In this document: one piece after another, positions 1 through 8,880 of the stretch
How positions within the stretch are numbered: position 1 is the stretch's first letter
Layout: each line of letters starts with the position of its first letter
From: a virus
Taxonomy: Duplodnaviria > Caudoviricetes
IMG/VR virus record: IMGVR_UViG_3300025022_000018
Span: 1-24,059 of that record
Strand: one strand, 5' to 3'
DNA: 24,059 bases
Program-made: the position numbers and the translations under genes
The notes under the pieces: generated by a model
What the model saw: the letters and a program-made list of their open reading frames with translations, nothing else
Told to the model about the DNA's origin: nothing
The model's database searches: none

Positions 1-43
1 CTGCTAAATCTCTTTCCTTCTCTTTTTTCCCTTCTATCTTCAT
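1..43 (-). CDS. 5' start of a gene running off the window (MKIEGKKEKERDLA...)
   Basis: ATG at 43-41, open to base 1. Removing the IS at 44-1261 gives an ATGA overlap with the methyltransferase stop. Confidence 0.6.
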   Translation of the reverse strand, partial: MKIEGKKEKERDLA

Positions 44-115
44 ATCCAACAAGCCAAGGAAACCGCTTCGTCTTTAGCGGAGCGGAGGAATTGGCTTCCC
101 CCTTTTGTAATTATA

Positions 116-124
116 TGATATAAT
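116..124 (+). promoter_or_regulatory. Extended -10 (TG-A-TATAAT) for a probably leaderless tnpB mRNA
   Basis: TGATATAAT ends 8 nt before the ATG at 133; no Shine-Dalgarno sequence. Confidence 0.55.
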
Positions 125-132
125 AATTCTAT

Positions 133-1245
133 ATGCAACTGTCTATTAAGATTAAACTTGTTCCTAACCAAGAACAAAAAGACATTCTTTTGAAAACCAT
201 TGAAGCTTATAACGAAGCTTGTAATTTTGTTTCCCAAATAGCTTTTGAAAACAAAACTGCTTCTGTGGTAAAAATCCACCGCATTTGCTACTACGAAATC
301 CGCAAAAGATTTAATCTTTCCTCTCAAATGGCTGTTCGTGTAGTTGGCAAAGTTGCCGACGCTTACAAGATTGCCAGAAGTAAAAAACTTAATCTTAAAC
401 AACCCCATCAATTTAACAAGTGGGGAGCTGTTATTTACGACCAACGTATTTTCTCTTGGAAAGGACTTGAAAAAGTATCTATTCTAACGCTTCAGGGCAG
501 ACAAATTATCCCCATTGTCTTGGGAGAGTACCAGAAAACCAAACTTATTTATCCCCGTAGAGGACAGGTTGATTTGCTGTATAAAGATGAAAACTTTTAC
601 TTGATACCTGTTGTGAATGTCCCTGAACCGCCTGAAAAGATTAACAAAGGTTTTCTTGATGTAGATTTGGGCGTGAAAAATTTGGGCGTTGATAGTATGG
701 GTGAAGTTTACTCTGGAAAGGAGGTGGATAAAAAAAGAGTAAAGATTGATAAACTGAAATCTGCTTTGCAAAGGAAAAATACCAAGTCGGCGAAAAGACA
801 TTTGAAAAAACTGTTTGGCAAAGAAAGTAGATTTAGAACTTGGGTAAACCACAACATTAGCAAGAAGATTGTTAAAAAGGCTAAAAGACACTCTCTCGGA
901 ATTGTCATTGAAGATTTGACACATATCCGAGAGAGACAACGGCTTCGGAAAAGTCAACGCAGACAACATTCTTCTTGGGCATTTGACCAGTTGAGAAGGT
1001 TTTTGGAATATAAAAGTAAACTTGCGGGAATTATTCTGAAAGTTGTTGACCCGCATTATACTTCTCAACGATGTTCTGAATGTGGTTTTGTAAGTAAACA
1101 TAATCGCAAAAATCAATCTAATTTTGTTTGCAAATCGTGCGGCTTTTCTGCTAATGCCGACCACAACGGAGCTATAAATTTAGCTCAACTTGCTGTTGTA
1201 AACCAGCAAATCGTAGGTTCGACTTACAAGCCACTAGGTCTTTAG
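133..1245 (+). CDS. tnpB: RNA-guided endonuclease TnpB
   Basis: N-terminal IKLVPNQEQ, RuvC-I VDLG, RuvC-II IVIEDL, YTSQRCSECG...CKSCG zinc finger, RuvC-III NADHNGAINL. The D/E/D triad is intact. Confidence 0.97.
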   Translation: MQLSIKIKLVPNQEQKDILLKTIEAYNEACNFVSQIAFENKTASVVKIHRICYYEIRKRFNLSSQMAVRVVGKVADAYKIARSKKLNLKQPHQFNKWGAVIYDQRIFSWKGLEKVSILTLQGRQIIPIVLGEYQKTKLIYPRRGQVDLLYKDENFYLIPVVNVPEPPEKINKGFLDVDLGVKNLGVDSMGEVYSGKEVDKKRVKIDKLKSALQRKNTKSAKRHLKKLFGKESRFRTWVNHNISKKIVKKAKRHSLGIVIEDLTHIRERQRLRKSQRRQHSSWAFDQLRRFLEYKSKLAGIILKVVDPHYTSQRCSECGFVSKHNRKNQSNFVCKSCGFSANADHNGAINLAQLAVVNQQIVGSTYKPLGL

Positions 1246-1281
1246 CCTAGTGGTAGTTTACTTTCTTGGCGTCATCCTGAC
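1192..1281 (+). ncRNA. TnpB omegaRNA (reRNA) core plus about 20-nt flanking guide
   Basis: Stem GCTG/CAGC whose loop GTAAAC (1198-1203) is complementary to terminal GTTTAC (1256-1261), forming a pseudoknot. Further stems at 1213-1227 and 1231-1253. Guide TTTCTTGGCGTCATCCTGAC starts at 1262. The 5' limit is uncertain. Confidence 0.7.
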
Positions 1282-1686
1282 CTCCAGCCTATTTTCTTCT
1301 TCCTGTATTCCAACTATATTCCACGGCTTAAAATCGTAAAGAGTATACGATTTTTCGTATTCGCTGAAATACTTAAATGTTTCAGCGACAAAAAACCTAA
1401 CGTGTGTCGGGTCTTTGACGCTGTCGGGGTGGGGAAACTTGGGGACTTCAAGGTAAAATACACCTTCTCTTTTTAATACCCGCCAGCTTTCATTTAAACA
1501 ATTTCTCAAGTCATGTAAGTGCTCTAAAACATCGATTGCCTCAATGTAATCAATAGAATTGTCTTCATGGGGAAAGCTATCTTTTTCCAAATCCAGTTTT
1601 TTAACAAAGTCAAACTGGGGTGAAATATCGTAATTTACCCAACCAGCTTTTGGCTTAAAACCGCAACCCAAAACTATTCCAACCAT
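1258..1686 (-). CDS. Class I SAM-dependent methyltransferase (Methyltransf_11-like)
   Basis: LGCG motif I, VNYDI, DVLEHL, RVLKREG, DPTH. Confidence 0.9.
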   Translation of the reverse strand: MVGIVLGCGFKPKAGWVNYDISPQFDFVKKLDLEKDSFPHEDNSIDYIEAIDVLEHLHDLRNCLNESWRVLKREGVFYLEVPKFPHPDSVKDPTHVRFFVAETFKYFSEYEKSYTLYDFKPWNIVGIQEEENRLEVRMTPRK

Positions 1687-3971
1687 TCAGTCCACCTTCC
1701 CGCAACACTTCGCCAGTCCTCTTTTCTGGCTTTTTCCTTAAACTCTTGTCTGTATTTTTCTACTTCTTTAGTCTTCAACAATCTAACAATCTCTCTGGCT
1801 ATATCTTCGTGGGTCTTTTGCAGGTTAGGATCGCCGTCAACTCTAATTACATAGTCTTTTTCTTTGAGAGCAGAGTAATTTGAAGTTACGGGCACGCAAC
1901 CAACAGCGGCGCTTTCCCTTATTGAAATACAGTCAATTTCTTCAAAGTTCGTAGCGTAGTAATGGATTGAGGATTTACTTTTTATCTCTAAAAGTTTTTC
2001 GTGTCCGATCCTGCCGTGTTCTTGCACCCCGTCTTGACTCATCAAATCAACTATTTTCTTTTTCCACATCATCCTTTCGGGATTGTTTCTGTAGATAGCG
2101 TCAAATATATTCCAACCATAGTAAATATGAAGTTCGGCCTCTGGAATTTCCTTTTTAATTATTGGCCAACCCCAAGTGAGCATTTCAAACAAACCCCGAT
2201 CGTAAGAACTTGAATAAATTAAAGAATATGGATTGCGTTTTACCTTGTTATAACGACATAACTCTTTGTCAAACCCGTTAGGGATAATTACTATCTTTTC
2301 ATCCGGCACATAAGGAAGAAAGTCTCGATGAAACTTTGACTTAACGAAAATTTTGTCAACGTTAGCTATTCTCTCTTGCGTGAACTCAAGAGGATTGGGA
2401 ACGTCGTGCAAATCTAAATATATCTTCTTGGCTTTAAACTTAAAATCCAACTCCCACGGAGCTCGCCAGATAATTAAAGTATCAAAAGTATCGTATTTAT
2501 TAAATCGGTAGTAGTTTTTATACTCAACACCGTCATATATACCCTCTTTTGCCCCGCAGTTACCGTAAACGGTTACTTTGTAGCCTAATTTGACCCATTC
2601 TTTAGATAACTGCACAATTGCCGTCTCTGAACCCCCTAACCCCGTTTTAAGACTCTCTGGCGTCCATTCCTCAATAGATTTCCCTCCTAGATAGACAATT
2701 GACTTCTCTGACCATTGTACGGGCTTGAGATATTTTTGTTTTAACTGCTCAACCACGGCATTGTCTTCAATCGTTGAGGGCAAAGCGTGAAGTAAAAGCC
2801 CTATTTTTTCCGTCTCTTTCTGTTTGTCTAACTCTTTAGCAATAAAATCAATCCCTTTTGTAACTTCAATCAGCTCGTCAAGTCTTTCCAGCCCTTCTAA
2901 TTTCTTTTTGTAGTCCTCATCATTAGGAAATATTTCCAAAATTGCCCTGCAGGTGTCTTTGGCTTCTTTTAGTTTCCTTTTACCCATTGCGATCAAGTAA
3001 ATTGTTTCGTAATACCGCATCTTGTCATCAATGGGAATTAAAACTATTGAAGTGTCTGGCTGGGGAGTAGCAATAAAAAGTCTAGCGTAGTGAGTCGCCT
3101 CATCAAATCTGCCCTGTAAAGCATACATATAACCTAAATTGATATACCAAGTCGGAAACTCTGGTCTTTCAGAGATGGCTTGAAGAAAACTTGCCTTAGC
3201 ATTGTCAAAATCCCTTTTAAAAAGGTAAATAAGTCCTACATAATTGGCCGCCATCGCCCGTTCTTCATCCCAACCTGAACTTTGCAAGTAGTCATTGAAT
3301 AACTTCACGGCTCTGTCTAGTTCTTTGACATCAAACAAGTTTCTGGCCAAATAATAAAGCGTTCTGGGATCATGCTTGTCTCCTTCTTCTTTGTAGGTTG
3401 CTTCTAAAATCTCAAGGTTTCTGGTTAAGTTGGTATCACCGGCATTGGGTAGTGGATAATGATTGACCTTAACATCCTTAAAATAGGCGTTATTAACTTC
3501 TCTTTGGGGAATTAAAGTCTCGTGCAGGTTGCCTTTCCAACGGTAATAGCCCTTTTTGATTATTCTTTCTCTGGGATGAACAATCTCTATCTCTTTAGTT
3601 TTTTCGTTTATTTGATAGTTGTAGTCAAAGTAAATGGCGGTTATCTCTTGTTTTTCCATTAACTCAACCATTGAGGGTAAAAGTTGAGCATTCTGCCAAA
3701 CATCGTCAGCGTCCGTCCAGATAAAGTGGGTGTATTCTTCCGGTATCTGATCCAAAGCAAAGTTTCTGGCTCTTTCAAAAGACTTGTCCCATTGATAAAA
3801 AGATACCTTACCCCCAAAAACCTCAATCATCTTCTTGATCTTGTCATGGGACTTGTTGGTAATGGTTATAAAAATACCATCTACATATTTAGCAATGGAG
3901 GATAAACAACGATAAAGGATTTTCTCTTCCGTATCGTCTTTTACAATCATAGATAATGCTAATTTAGTCAT
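1674..3971 (-). CDS. Glycosyltransferase fusion: GT2 (GT-A) + TPR repeats + GT-B (GT4-like)
   Basis: MIVKD, ARN and DADD (DxD) in the N-terminus; TPR-like helices; GLGGSE, IPNG, SSYDRGL and EIDCIS..E in the C-terminus. Start moved to MTKLAL (3971), which gives an ATGA overlap with the upstream gene. Confidence 0.9.
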   Translation of the reverse strand: MTKLALSMIVKDDTEEKILYRCLSSIAKYVDGIFITITNKSHDKIKKMIEVFGGKVSFYQWDKSFERARNFALDQIPEEYTHFIWTDADDVWQNAQLLPSMVELMEKQEITAIYFDYNYQINEKTKEIEIVHPRERIIKKGYYRWKGNLHETLIPQREVNNAYFKDVKVNHYPLPNAGDTNLTRNLEILEATYKEEGDKHDPRTLYYLARNLFDVKELDRAVKLFNDYLQSSGWDEERAMAANYVGLIYLFKRDFDNAKASFLQAISERPEFPTWYINLGYMYALQGRFDEATHYARLFIATPQPDTSIVLIPIDDKMRYYETIYLIAMGKRKLKEAKDTCRAILEIFPNDEDYKKKLEGLERLDELIEVTKGIDFIAKELDKQKETEKIGLLLHALPSTIEDNAVVEQLKQKYLKPVQWSEKSIVYLGGKSIEEWTPESLKTGLGGSETAIVQLSKEWVKLGYKVTVYGNCGAKEGIYDGVEYKNYYRFNKYDTFDTLIIWRAPWELDFKFKAKKIYLDLHDVPNPLEFTQERIANVDKIFVKSKFHRDFLPYVPDEKIVIIPNGFDKELCRYNKVKRNPYSLIYSSSYDRGLFEMLTWGWPIIKKEIPEAELHIYYGWNIFDAIYRNNPERMMWKKKIVDLMSQDGVQEHGRIGHEKLLEIKSKSSIHYYATNFEEIDCISIRESAAVGCVPVTSNYSALKEKDYVIRVDGDPNLQKTHEDIAREIVRLLKTKEVEKYRQEFKEKARKEDWRSVAGRWTEWLE

Positions 3972-4327
3972 AATTTGGATGCATAAGAAAAAGTAGGATA
4001 GCGTTTGGCAAACAACCGCCAAAACTTCACCTCACCGATATTTTTAATCTCATCTTTGTAAAACCAATCAATGGTGTCTTTAAGATCAATAGGCATAGAC
4101 AATAACTTTCTCATGTTTTTGTCTTTGGTTGAAGCAAACTGATTGTAGGGATCGCGATCTATTTTTAAGTATTCGGGGTGCTTTGTAAGATAAATAGAGA
4201 CAAGAAAATCAATCATTTCCCACATTGGTCTTGATCTGACTTTGGCAAGAAAATTATCCACTAAGTCAACCGCCCACCTTGGACGAGATAAACCTGATTT
4301 GTCTAAAATTGTATTATCCATAAACAA
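3968..4327 (-). CDS. Hypothetical phage protein downstream of the capsid gene
   Basis: 119-aa ORF in the operon, with its stop coupled to the glycosyltransferase start. Confidence 0.75.
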   Translation of the reverse strand: MFMDNTILDKSGLSRPRWAVDLVDNFLAKVRSRPMWEMIDFLVSIYLTKHPEYLKIDRDPYNQFASTKDKNMRKLLSMPIDLKDTIDWFYKDEIKNIGEVKFWRLFAKRYPTFSYASKL

Positions 4328-4329
4328 AT

Positions 4330-4357
4330 TGTGCCGAGAGGGGAAGCTCTCGGCACA
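4330..4357 (-). terminator. Hairpin after the major capsid gene
   Basis: Perfect 11-bp stem TGTGCCGAGAG/CTCTCGGCACA with a 6-nt loop, followed by ATTTGTTT on the minus strand. Confidence 0.7.
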
Positions 4358-4395
4358 TGCTACTTATTTGCTTCCCCAAAACTAACCCTTACCCA

Positions 4396-5304
4396 TTAAA
4401 GGTTAAATCCAGTTTCGTAGACCATAGCTCTCGCCGTATCTACTTGAACCGTCAATTCGCCAACGATGTGACCTTTTCTATTATCACCTGATATACCGTT
4501 CGGTACATGTTGAGGGGTATCAAGATATGCTTTTTTAAGCAAATCTTTGCGTACACACAAAACACTATTGTCTGGCATATCCTTATGAGCTCTGACTTCA
4601 ACCAGCGTGCCATAGTCTGTCTCAATGACATCCAGGGCCTGAACTAGTCTCTTGTCGTTCGCAGAAATGGTCTTCGGTGTCGAAGTTGTGAAGAACCTGC
4701 CAAAGTCTTGCTTTCTTGATCCCGTTGTCAGGAGTAAGTCCACAAGCTGTTCGTCGGTCTTGTTCCAAGATGCCTGCATCATATATCTAAATCTTTCTTC
4801 AGACAGGGATGTGCCAGACGCACGAGCAGTATAAAGACCGTCACTCATAACCGTGGCGATAATACCGTTCATTTCTCTTGCAACGCCCGATGAACCAGAG
4901 GCTTTCGTGCCTCTCAAAATAGCGTATTCTTCCTTATTCTTATATCTCCTCATACCATAGCCCATTTCACGAGCATAAGCGTCTTTAGGAGAAACTTTAT
5001 TGACTTTAATGTCCGTACGAGAAACAGCAAACACCTCTTTTATGATTTGACAGATGTTGTTTTTCTTAATCGGAACAGCAAGATCGCTAAAGGTATTTTC
5101 GTCTCCTTCAACACTTGTGCTATTTGAAGTTGGCCGTGCTTGATAATACTCCGTCCACTCATGGAGAGTTTGAGATGCCTCAACCGATCCCATAATAGTA
5201 GACAAGTAGTTTTTTTCTGGAGAAATATCCACAATACGATCCAAAAGGTCTTCCCTTCTGGCCGTATCCACATAAGTTTGATGAACACCCGTTAATTGTG
5301 CCAT
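4396..5304 (-). CDS. Major capsid protein (SU10 MCP / DUF5309-like)
   Basis: REDLLD..DISP...HEW, N.CQI...VS.T, RE M.G, GD..KG.IVGELT. Strong RBS AGGAGGTGG; lies after the scaffold gene. Confidence 0.85.
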   Translation of the reverse strand: MAQLTGVHQTYVDTARREDLLDRIVDISPEKNYLSTIMGSVEASQTLHEWTEYYQARPTSNSTSVEGDENTFSDLAVPIKKNNICQIIKEVFAVSRTDIKVNKVSPKDAYAREMGYGMRRYKNKEEYAILRGTKASGSSGVAREMNGIIATVMSDGLYTARASGTSLSEERFRYMMQASWNKTDEQLVDLLLTTGSRKQDFGRFFTTSTPKTISANDKRLVQALDVIETDYGTLVEVRAHKDMPDNSVLCVRKDLLKKAYLDTPQHVPNGISGDNRKGHIVGELTVQVDTARAMVYETGFNL

Positions 5305-5336
5305 AATTTAATCCACCTCCTTCTGACAGAATATCC

Positions 5337-6152
5337 TTAAAAGGGGGCTTCGTCGGGAATTGATTGTATGTAAGGTTCAGATAACTTATTAAGCTCGGTA
5401 AGAGCGTTTGTGTCTCCTCTTCTTACTCTGTCTCTCAATCCCTCGATCCGTTGTTCATCGGTATTACCCGTCAAATCAACTTTTGTCCCCTGACTCTCAA
5501 GGCTGGCTGCTTCCTTTTGTTCCATAGTAGCTTGAGACTCTGAAAGCGCCTGCTCTCTTGCTTGGCCTCGGATTTCCTCATAGTGTTTCTGAACTTGCTC
5601 AGCTAAATCAACCAACCTCTTCGGTTGCCTGCCCTGCTGGACGGCTCTTAATCGTTCTGTCAAGAATTCCTTCTGGACATCTTCAATAAAAGCCTTGTTT
5701 TTGTTGGGCGACTTTGGACTTAATTCTGGGTATTTTTGCCAAGCCTCAAAGTCTTCCATTTGCGCTTGAGCTTGCATGGCCGCTTGTCTTGCGGACACTG
5801 CTTCTTGTCGAGCTGTCTGCGCCTCATTCAAAAACGCTTGGGTTCCAGGATCGCTTTCGTCAAACGTCACTCCCGGGGTAGAAGCGGGTACATAACCCGT
5901 TGGTGTTTCGGAAGTACCTCTTGCCAAATTAACAAGATCGAAATCTTGTTCTTGCTGACCGAGCTTACTTTCCAATTCATCGATCTTCTTCCTCATGGAA
6001 TAAAACGCTTGTCTCTGCTTTTCCGTTCCCTCCGGAAAGTCCGATTGTGAAAGAGTCTCCTCTTTTTGAGGGGTTTTTTCTATCGAGGCGGGTGTTTCCT
6101 CTGAAGGAGTTATCTCGTCTCCTTCTACTCCTTTTATATTTTCATCAGTCAT
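5337..6152 (-). CDS. Probable capsid scaffolding protein
   Basis: Acidic N-terminus and coiled-coil Q/E/A-rich body; directly upstream of the capsid gene; RBS GGAGGAGGTG. Confidence 0.7.
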   Translation of the reverse strand: MTDENIKGVEGDEITPSEETPASIEKTPQKEETLSQSDFPEGTEKQRQAFYSMRKKIDELESKLGQQEQDFDLVNLARGTSETPTGYVPASTPGVTFDESDPGTQAFLNEAQTARQEAVSARQAAMQAQAQMEDFEAWQKYPELSPKSPNKNKAFIEDVQKEFLTERLRAVQQGRQPKRLVDLAEQVQKHYEEIRGQAREQALSESQATMEQKEAASLESQGTKVDLTGNTDEQRIEGLRDRVRRGDTNALTELNKLSEPYIQSIPDEAPF

Positions 6153-6204
6153 AGATTTGGTTATTCACCTCCTCCTACCATAACGTTGGCGTACGAATGG
6201 CACT

Positions 6205-6257
6205 AAAAAAAGCCACTTACAAATCCACGAGTTCCCTCATGAATTTATAAATGGCTT
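6205..6257 (-). terminator. Long hairpin + U-tract in the leader of the scaffold/capsid genes
   Basis: 22-bp stem with four G.U pairs on the minus strand and a GGAA tetraloop, running into a T7 tract. Confidence 0.8.
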
Positions 6258-6290
6258 CTAGGTTCTCTAAAAACTCATTTACCTTTTAAG

Positions 6291-6319
6291 AGTATATCAT
6301 ACAACCAACTTTCCATCAA
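6291..6319 (-). promoter_or_regulatory. Sigma70-like promoter TTGATG-17-TATACT (TGn extended)
   Basis: Hexamers at 6319-6314 and 6296-6291. Confidence 0.5.
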
Positions 6320-6506
6320 GAACGTGTCCGAACAATCCTAACCCACATTTCTGACACTCTACCTGTGTTCCTGTAACCTGAATCCAACTATGATTACAGC
6401 CAACACTATTGTGAATTTCCCGTCCTTGTCCGAGATACCAAGTTTCTACTTCCTTCACCTTCTCGCCAACTTTAACTTTTTCAAATTTTATATCTGGTTC
6501 TGCCAT
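6297..6506 (-). CDS. Small zinc-ribbon-like protein
   Basis: CNH...CQKCG motif; TAATG coupling to the upstream ORF. Confidence 0.7.
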   Translation of the reverse strand: MAEPDIKFEKVKVGEKVKEVETWYLGQGREIHNSVGCNHSWIQVTGTQVECQKCGLGLFGHVLDGKLVV

Positions 6507-6814
6507 TATGCCTCATCAATGGGAAGATCTACTTTTGCTCCCTCTAAAACTTGTCCCATTTTCTTTAAAAACTCATCCTTACCTGATAAATTTTGTAAAG
6601 TATTGATAATCATTGAAAAAGCGTCTGACAAAGCAAAAGCGTATCTATACTTATCTTCCCAATCGGGCCCAACTGGTTTAGGAAGTTCTTTGGTTACCGT
6701 TTGATTGATTAAAGGCAAAGCGTATTTCTTCCAAGCCTCTGAATTAACAAAGTCCTTAATTTGTTGACAATACTCTAACTCAACGTCTTTTTCGGTGTCT
6801 TTAGTTTTAGCCAA
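6506..6814 (-). CDS. Hypothetical protein following the portal gene
   Basis: 102-aa ORF overlapping the portal end, with RBS GGAGG. Confidence 0.75.
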   Translation of the reverse strand: MAKTKDTEKDVELEYCQQIKDFVNSEAWKKYALPLINQTVTKELPKPVGPDWEDKYRYAFALSDAFSMIINTLQNLSGKDEFLKKMGQVLEGAKVDLPIDEA

Positions 6815-8825
6815 TCGGCCCTCCTTGCCCCATTAACTGCTGTGGGGTCACTTGACCGCCTTGCATTGGCGGTTGTTGCATTCCCTGCGGTGGCATACTC
6901 TCTGGCGGCATTCCCGGCATTTGGGGCATTCCCATTCCTTGCGGTTGCGGCTCTATCTTCTCAAAAAAGCTCTCTACTCCGTGAATTTGCATCTTTTCAC
7001 CAAGTGTTTCGTATAATTCCTTAAATTTAACCCTGTAATCACTCAAAAGCCCTTTTTCCTGCAAGATCGATAACTGTTGAGCAAACTGATTTATGTTAAC
7101 GACTTCTTTTTCAGTATTCGGAGAACCGATTGTGTTTAAATCAGTCAAGAATTTGTATTGTCCGGTCAAATCTTTGCCTTCAACTGACAAAAACCCGCTT
7201 TTACCGTCTGGCTCAAGCTGAAGTTTGGGTAAAACTTCGCTTCCCGTCTTCGTTGGGAAAATAGGAACGGCAAATTGCTCAAGTAATCCTTCCGCCCTTA
7301 AGGTTTCGTAGGCGGTCTCAAAATCAATCCCCAGATTTTCTTCCATGAAATTATTGATAAAAAGAAAACCGTCTTCCGTAAGAGTATAATCGTGCAATCC
7401 TTCGTTGGTAAAATATTCAATCGCTTCTTTCCCCGCTATCTTAATAACTTTTTTATCAGTCAGGAATTGCTGATCCATGCTCCACCAAAGCGTATACATT
7501 TTAGTAATTGCCGCCGATAAAAAGAGTTTGTTTAAATTATCCCTTGCAGATCGCAGTTGAGCGGTGTCTTTTATTTCCGTAGCAGTTTTGTCAGAATTAA
7601 GAGCCGCTTGGTTTGACACGTCAGCCCCCGCCTCGCCAATTCCTTCCGCAAAAGAAGATTTTAATAATCTATATGCCTCGACAAAGTTTCTGGTAAAAGT
7701 AATCGTTCCCTCGAGCCTAACCACGTCGGTTGCGGGATTATTCATTAACCAAGCCGCCCTAGGTTTAAATTCAATCGTTTTCCAGTCAACATTGGTTGGA
7801 TGACCTTTTATAATTGGATAAAGCTCGGTTGAAACCGACTCAATAAACCCTGACACAAGGGCATTAGTGGCCTTTTGTTCGCTTCTAACCGGCTCAAGCT
7901 CACTAACACCACAAATATCATCATCTATTGGAATATAAACTAAACGAATAATCGGAATAAGGCCGTGTTTATAGGGATTATCAATAACTCTTAAAATAAG
8001 TCCGGGTGCATCTTGTTCATTCCCGACATCAGGACACCAAGTAATCCATTTATCTTTCCGGTATTCAGTTAAAATCCTAAAACCGCTTCGCTTGTTTGTT
8101 AGACTGCGGATAGTTGTATTCGTTGAGGGGTTTTGCAAGGTTACCTGATTATTCTTAATCGCCTTTAATTTTGCTACCGCTTCGGTAAGATAGGCCGGCT
8201 TACCATTTTTTAATTGGCTTATGTCGTTTATTCTCTCTAAATCTTCAACCTTGGCGGTTCTTTCAACAATTACCCAATCGCTGTCGGAAATTGAAGACAC
8301 GCCATCAGGAAACATAATCTTCCTGTTGTCTATCGGTTCAAAGGTCGAACCGTCAAAAACAACTTTACCTTTGCTATTTGTCTCTTTTCGCCAAGGAACC
8401 AAACCAAAAGAAGCCCCGTATTTTCTAGTATTTTGATCCATCCTAAACCATTTGGAAACCAAAGACTCTTCAAAGAAGTAATCGTGATCGTCGTATTGAG
8501 AAGACAAAAGCTCTGTACCAATTCTCGCAGCAAGTTCATTGCCGTATTGAGTCGCCACCAATCTGCCCTTAACCTTACCGGTTAACTGTCTTGTACCTTT
8601 GGAAAAAATTGACTGGAAGGAAAGGGGAATAAAAATTCTTGAATTAAAGGGCCATTTGTCTTTCTGGATATAGGAACGATATAAATTATCATACTCATTA
8701 AAACCCTGTTCTTTATGAGAAATCCGTGTTTGAAGAGTAGTAAAGCCCTCATTATAGTGTTGAATAACACTTGACAGAAGGCTGGAAAGTTCCGATTGTG
8801 CCGATTGTTTATCTTTTTTAACCAT
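6807..8825 (-). CDS. Portal protein (P22/SU10-like)
   Basis: Size and position after terL; NPYKHG.IP, G.SE.E, TATE motifs; M/P/Q/G-rich tail. Start taken as MVKKD. Confidence 0.85.
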   Translation of the reverse strand: MVKKDKQSAQSELSSLLSSVIQHYNEGFTTLQTRISHKEQGFNEYDNLYRSYIQKDKWPFNSRIFIPLSFQSIFSKGTRQLTGKVKGRLVATQYGNELAARIGTELLSSQYDDHDYFFEESLVSKWFRMDQNTRKYGASFGLVPWRKETNSKGKVVFDGSTFEPIDNRKIMFPDGVSSISDSDWVIVERTAKVEDLERINDISQLKNGKPAYLTEAVAKLKAIKNNQVTLQNPSTNTTIRSLTNKRSGFRILTEYRKDKWITWCPDVGNEQDAPGLILRVIDNPYKHGLIPIIRLVYIPIDDDICGVSELEPVRSEQKATNALVSGFIESVSTELYPIIKGHPTNVDWKTIEFKPRAAWLMNNPATDVVRLEGTITFTRNFVEAYRLLKSSFAEGIGEAGADVSNQAALNSDKTATEIKDTAQLRSARDNLNKLFLSAAITKMYTLWWSMDQQFLTDKKVIKIAGKEAIEYFTNEGLHDYTLTEDGFLFINNFMEENLGIDFETAYETLRAEGLLEQFAVPIFPTKTGSEVLPKLQLEPDGKSGFLSVEGKDLTGQYKFLTDLNTIGSPNTEKEVVNINQFAQQLSILQEKGLLSDYRVKFKELYETLGEKMQIHGVESFFEKIEPQPQGMGMPQMPGMPPESMPPQGMQQPPMQGGQVTPQQLMGQGGPIG

Positions 8826-8857
8826 AAAAAAACCGCAAAAATTAAACATTTTGCAGT
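8826..8857 (-). terminator. Terminator-like hairpin immediately before the portal ATG
   Basis: ACTGCAAAA-8 nt-TTTTGCGGT followed by a T run, then ATG. Confidence 0.6.
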
Positions 8858-8880
8858 CAAAGTTCTTTTAACCAATTTTA

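Larger units (their letters stand above)
44..1261 (+). mobile_element. Non-autonomous IS200/IS605-family (IS1341-like, TnpB-only) element, TAM TTCAT
   Basis: Left-end hairpin CCGCTTCG-TCTTTAG-CGGAGCGG preceded by guide GAAA, which matches cleavage site TCAT (40-43) under the IS608 pairing rule. Right-end hairpin CCACTAGG-TCTTTAG-CCTAGTGG ends in TAGTTTAC at 1261. Excision restores a coupled gene pair. No tnpA in the window. Confidence 0.9.

Noticed and set aside
40-1164. Minus-strand ORFs 40-444, 484-1164 and 708-908 as a possible tnpA
   Set aside because: They are antisense shadows of tnpB with no HUH/Y1 motif.
1256-1261. Idea that the right-end terminus TTAC mutated from TGAC after insertion to rescue the methyltransferase stop (guide CAAG predicts TGAC)
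   Set aside because: The pseudoknot partner GTAAAC at 1198-1203 matches GTTTAC perfectly, so TTAC looks native to the element.
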